This document shows, piece by piece, positions 63,711 through 64,000 of a stretch of 64,000 nt of DNA. The DNA lies in assembly GCA_013265495.1 (NCBI GenBank), contig MU058531.1:3348911-3412910 (forward strand). The letters run 5' to 3'. This DNA comes from Vicugna vicugna (Eukaryota). The notes under the pieces were generated by a model. The model had not been told where the DNA came from, did not search any database, and was given only the letters and a program-made list of their open reading frames with translations. Made by a program: the position numbers and the translations under genes. The number at the start of each line of letters is the position of its first letter. The stretch's first letter is position 1.

Positions 63711-64000
63711 TTCAGTACTCACTTTGATGACCCTTGATATTCCTTAACATCATGGCCGTCAACTTTGTACAAGTGCTTCCCTGCCCTGCATGTTTCTACA
63801 GACCTCATGCATTTTTATCCCTATAAAAACTCTTTTTGCCTTGTCTCCAACCCAGAGTGATCACAATCATGAGACCTGGAGTAGATTATTAATCATGGTA
63901 AGAGAGGCTAATTGGATGATTAAGAGCATGAGCCTGGCAATCAGGCAGAGCTGTGGTTCAGATTTTAGCTTCATCACCTAGCTGGGTGATCTTGGGAAAC

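Overview
Mammalian genomic DNA from the 5' part of the phospholipase C epsilon 1 gene (PLCE1, + strand). The only protein-coding sequence I can support is the large first coding exon: about 24403-25960, ATG at 24758, GT donor at 25961. The rest is intronic and packed with interspersed repeats (MIR, L2, a CR1/L3 fossil, MaLR LTRs, hAT and Tigger MITEs, L1 of several ages). The young L1 3' ends, and the absence of Alu, BovB/Bov-tA, PRE-1 and Can-SINE, suggest a camelid; this is an inference from recalled repeat sequences. There is no prokaryote-type system or CRISPR array. The most unusual structure is a 3.0-kb TSD-bounded retro-insertion at 49335-52361. It consists of an L1 5'UTR and ORF1 with no sense ORF2, followed by scrambled antisense L1 pieces and an ancient L1MC-type 3' end that supplies the poly(A) signal. 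It is a half-L1 (HAL1)-like or transduction chimera sitting inside a multi-layer L1 nest. Other observations: a 29-nt polyadenylated micro-retrocopy with a perfect TSD, a 7x40-bp minisatellite, a uORF-dense PLCE1 leader, a probable template-switch hairpin and AP-1/ARE motif clusters. Repeat subfamily names come from memory of consensus sequences. Repeat boundaries are approximate unless TSDs are quoted.
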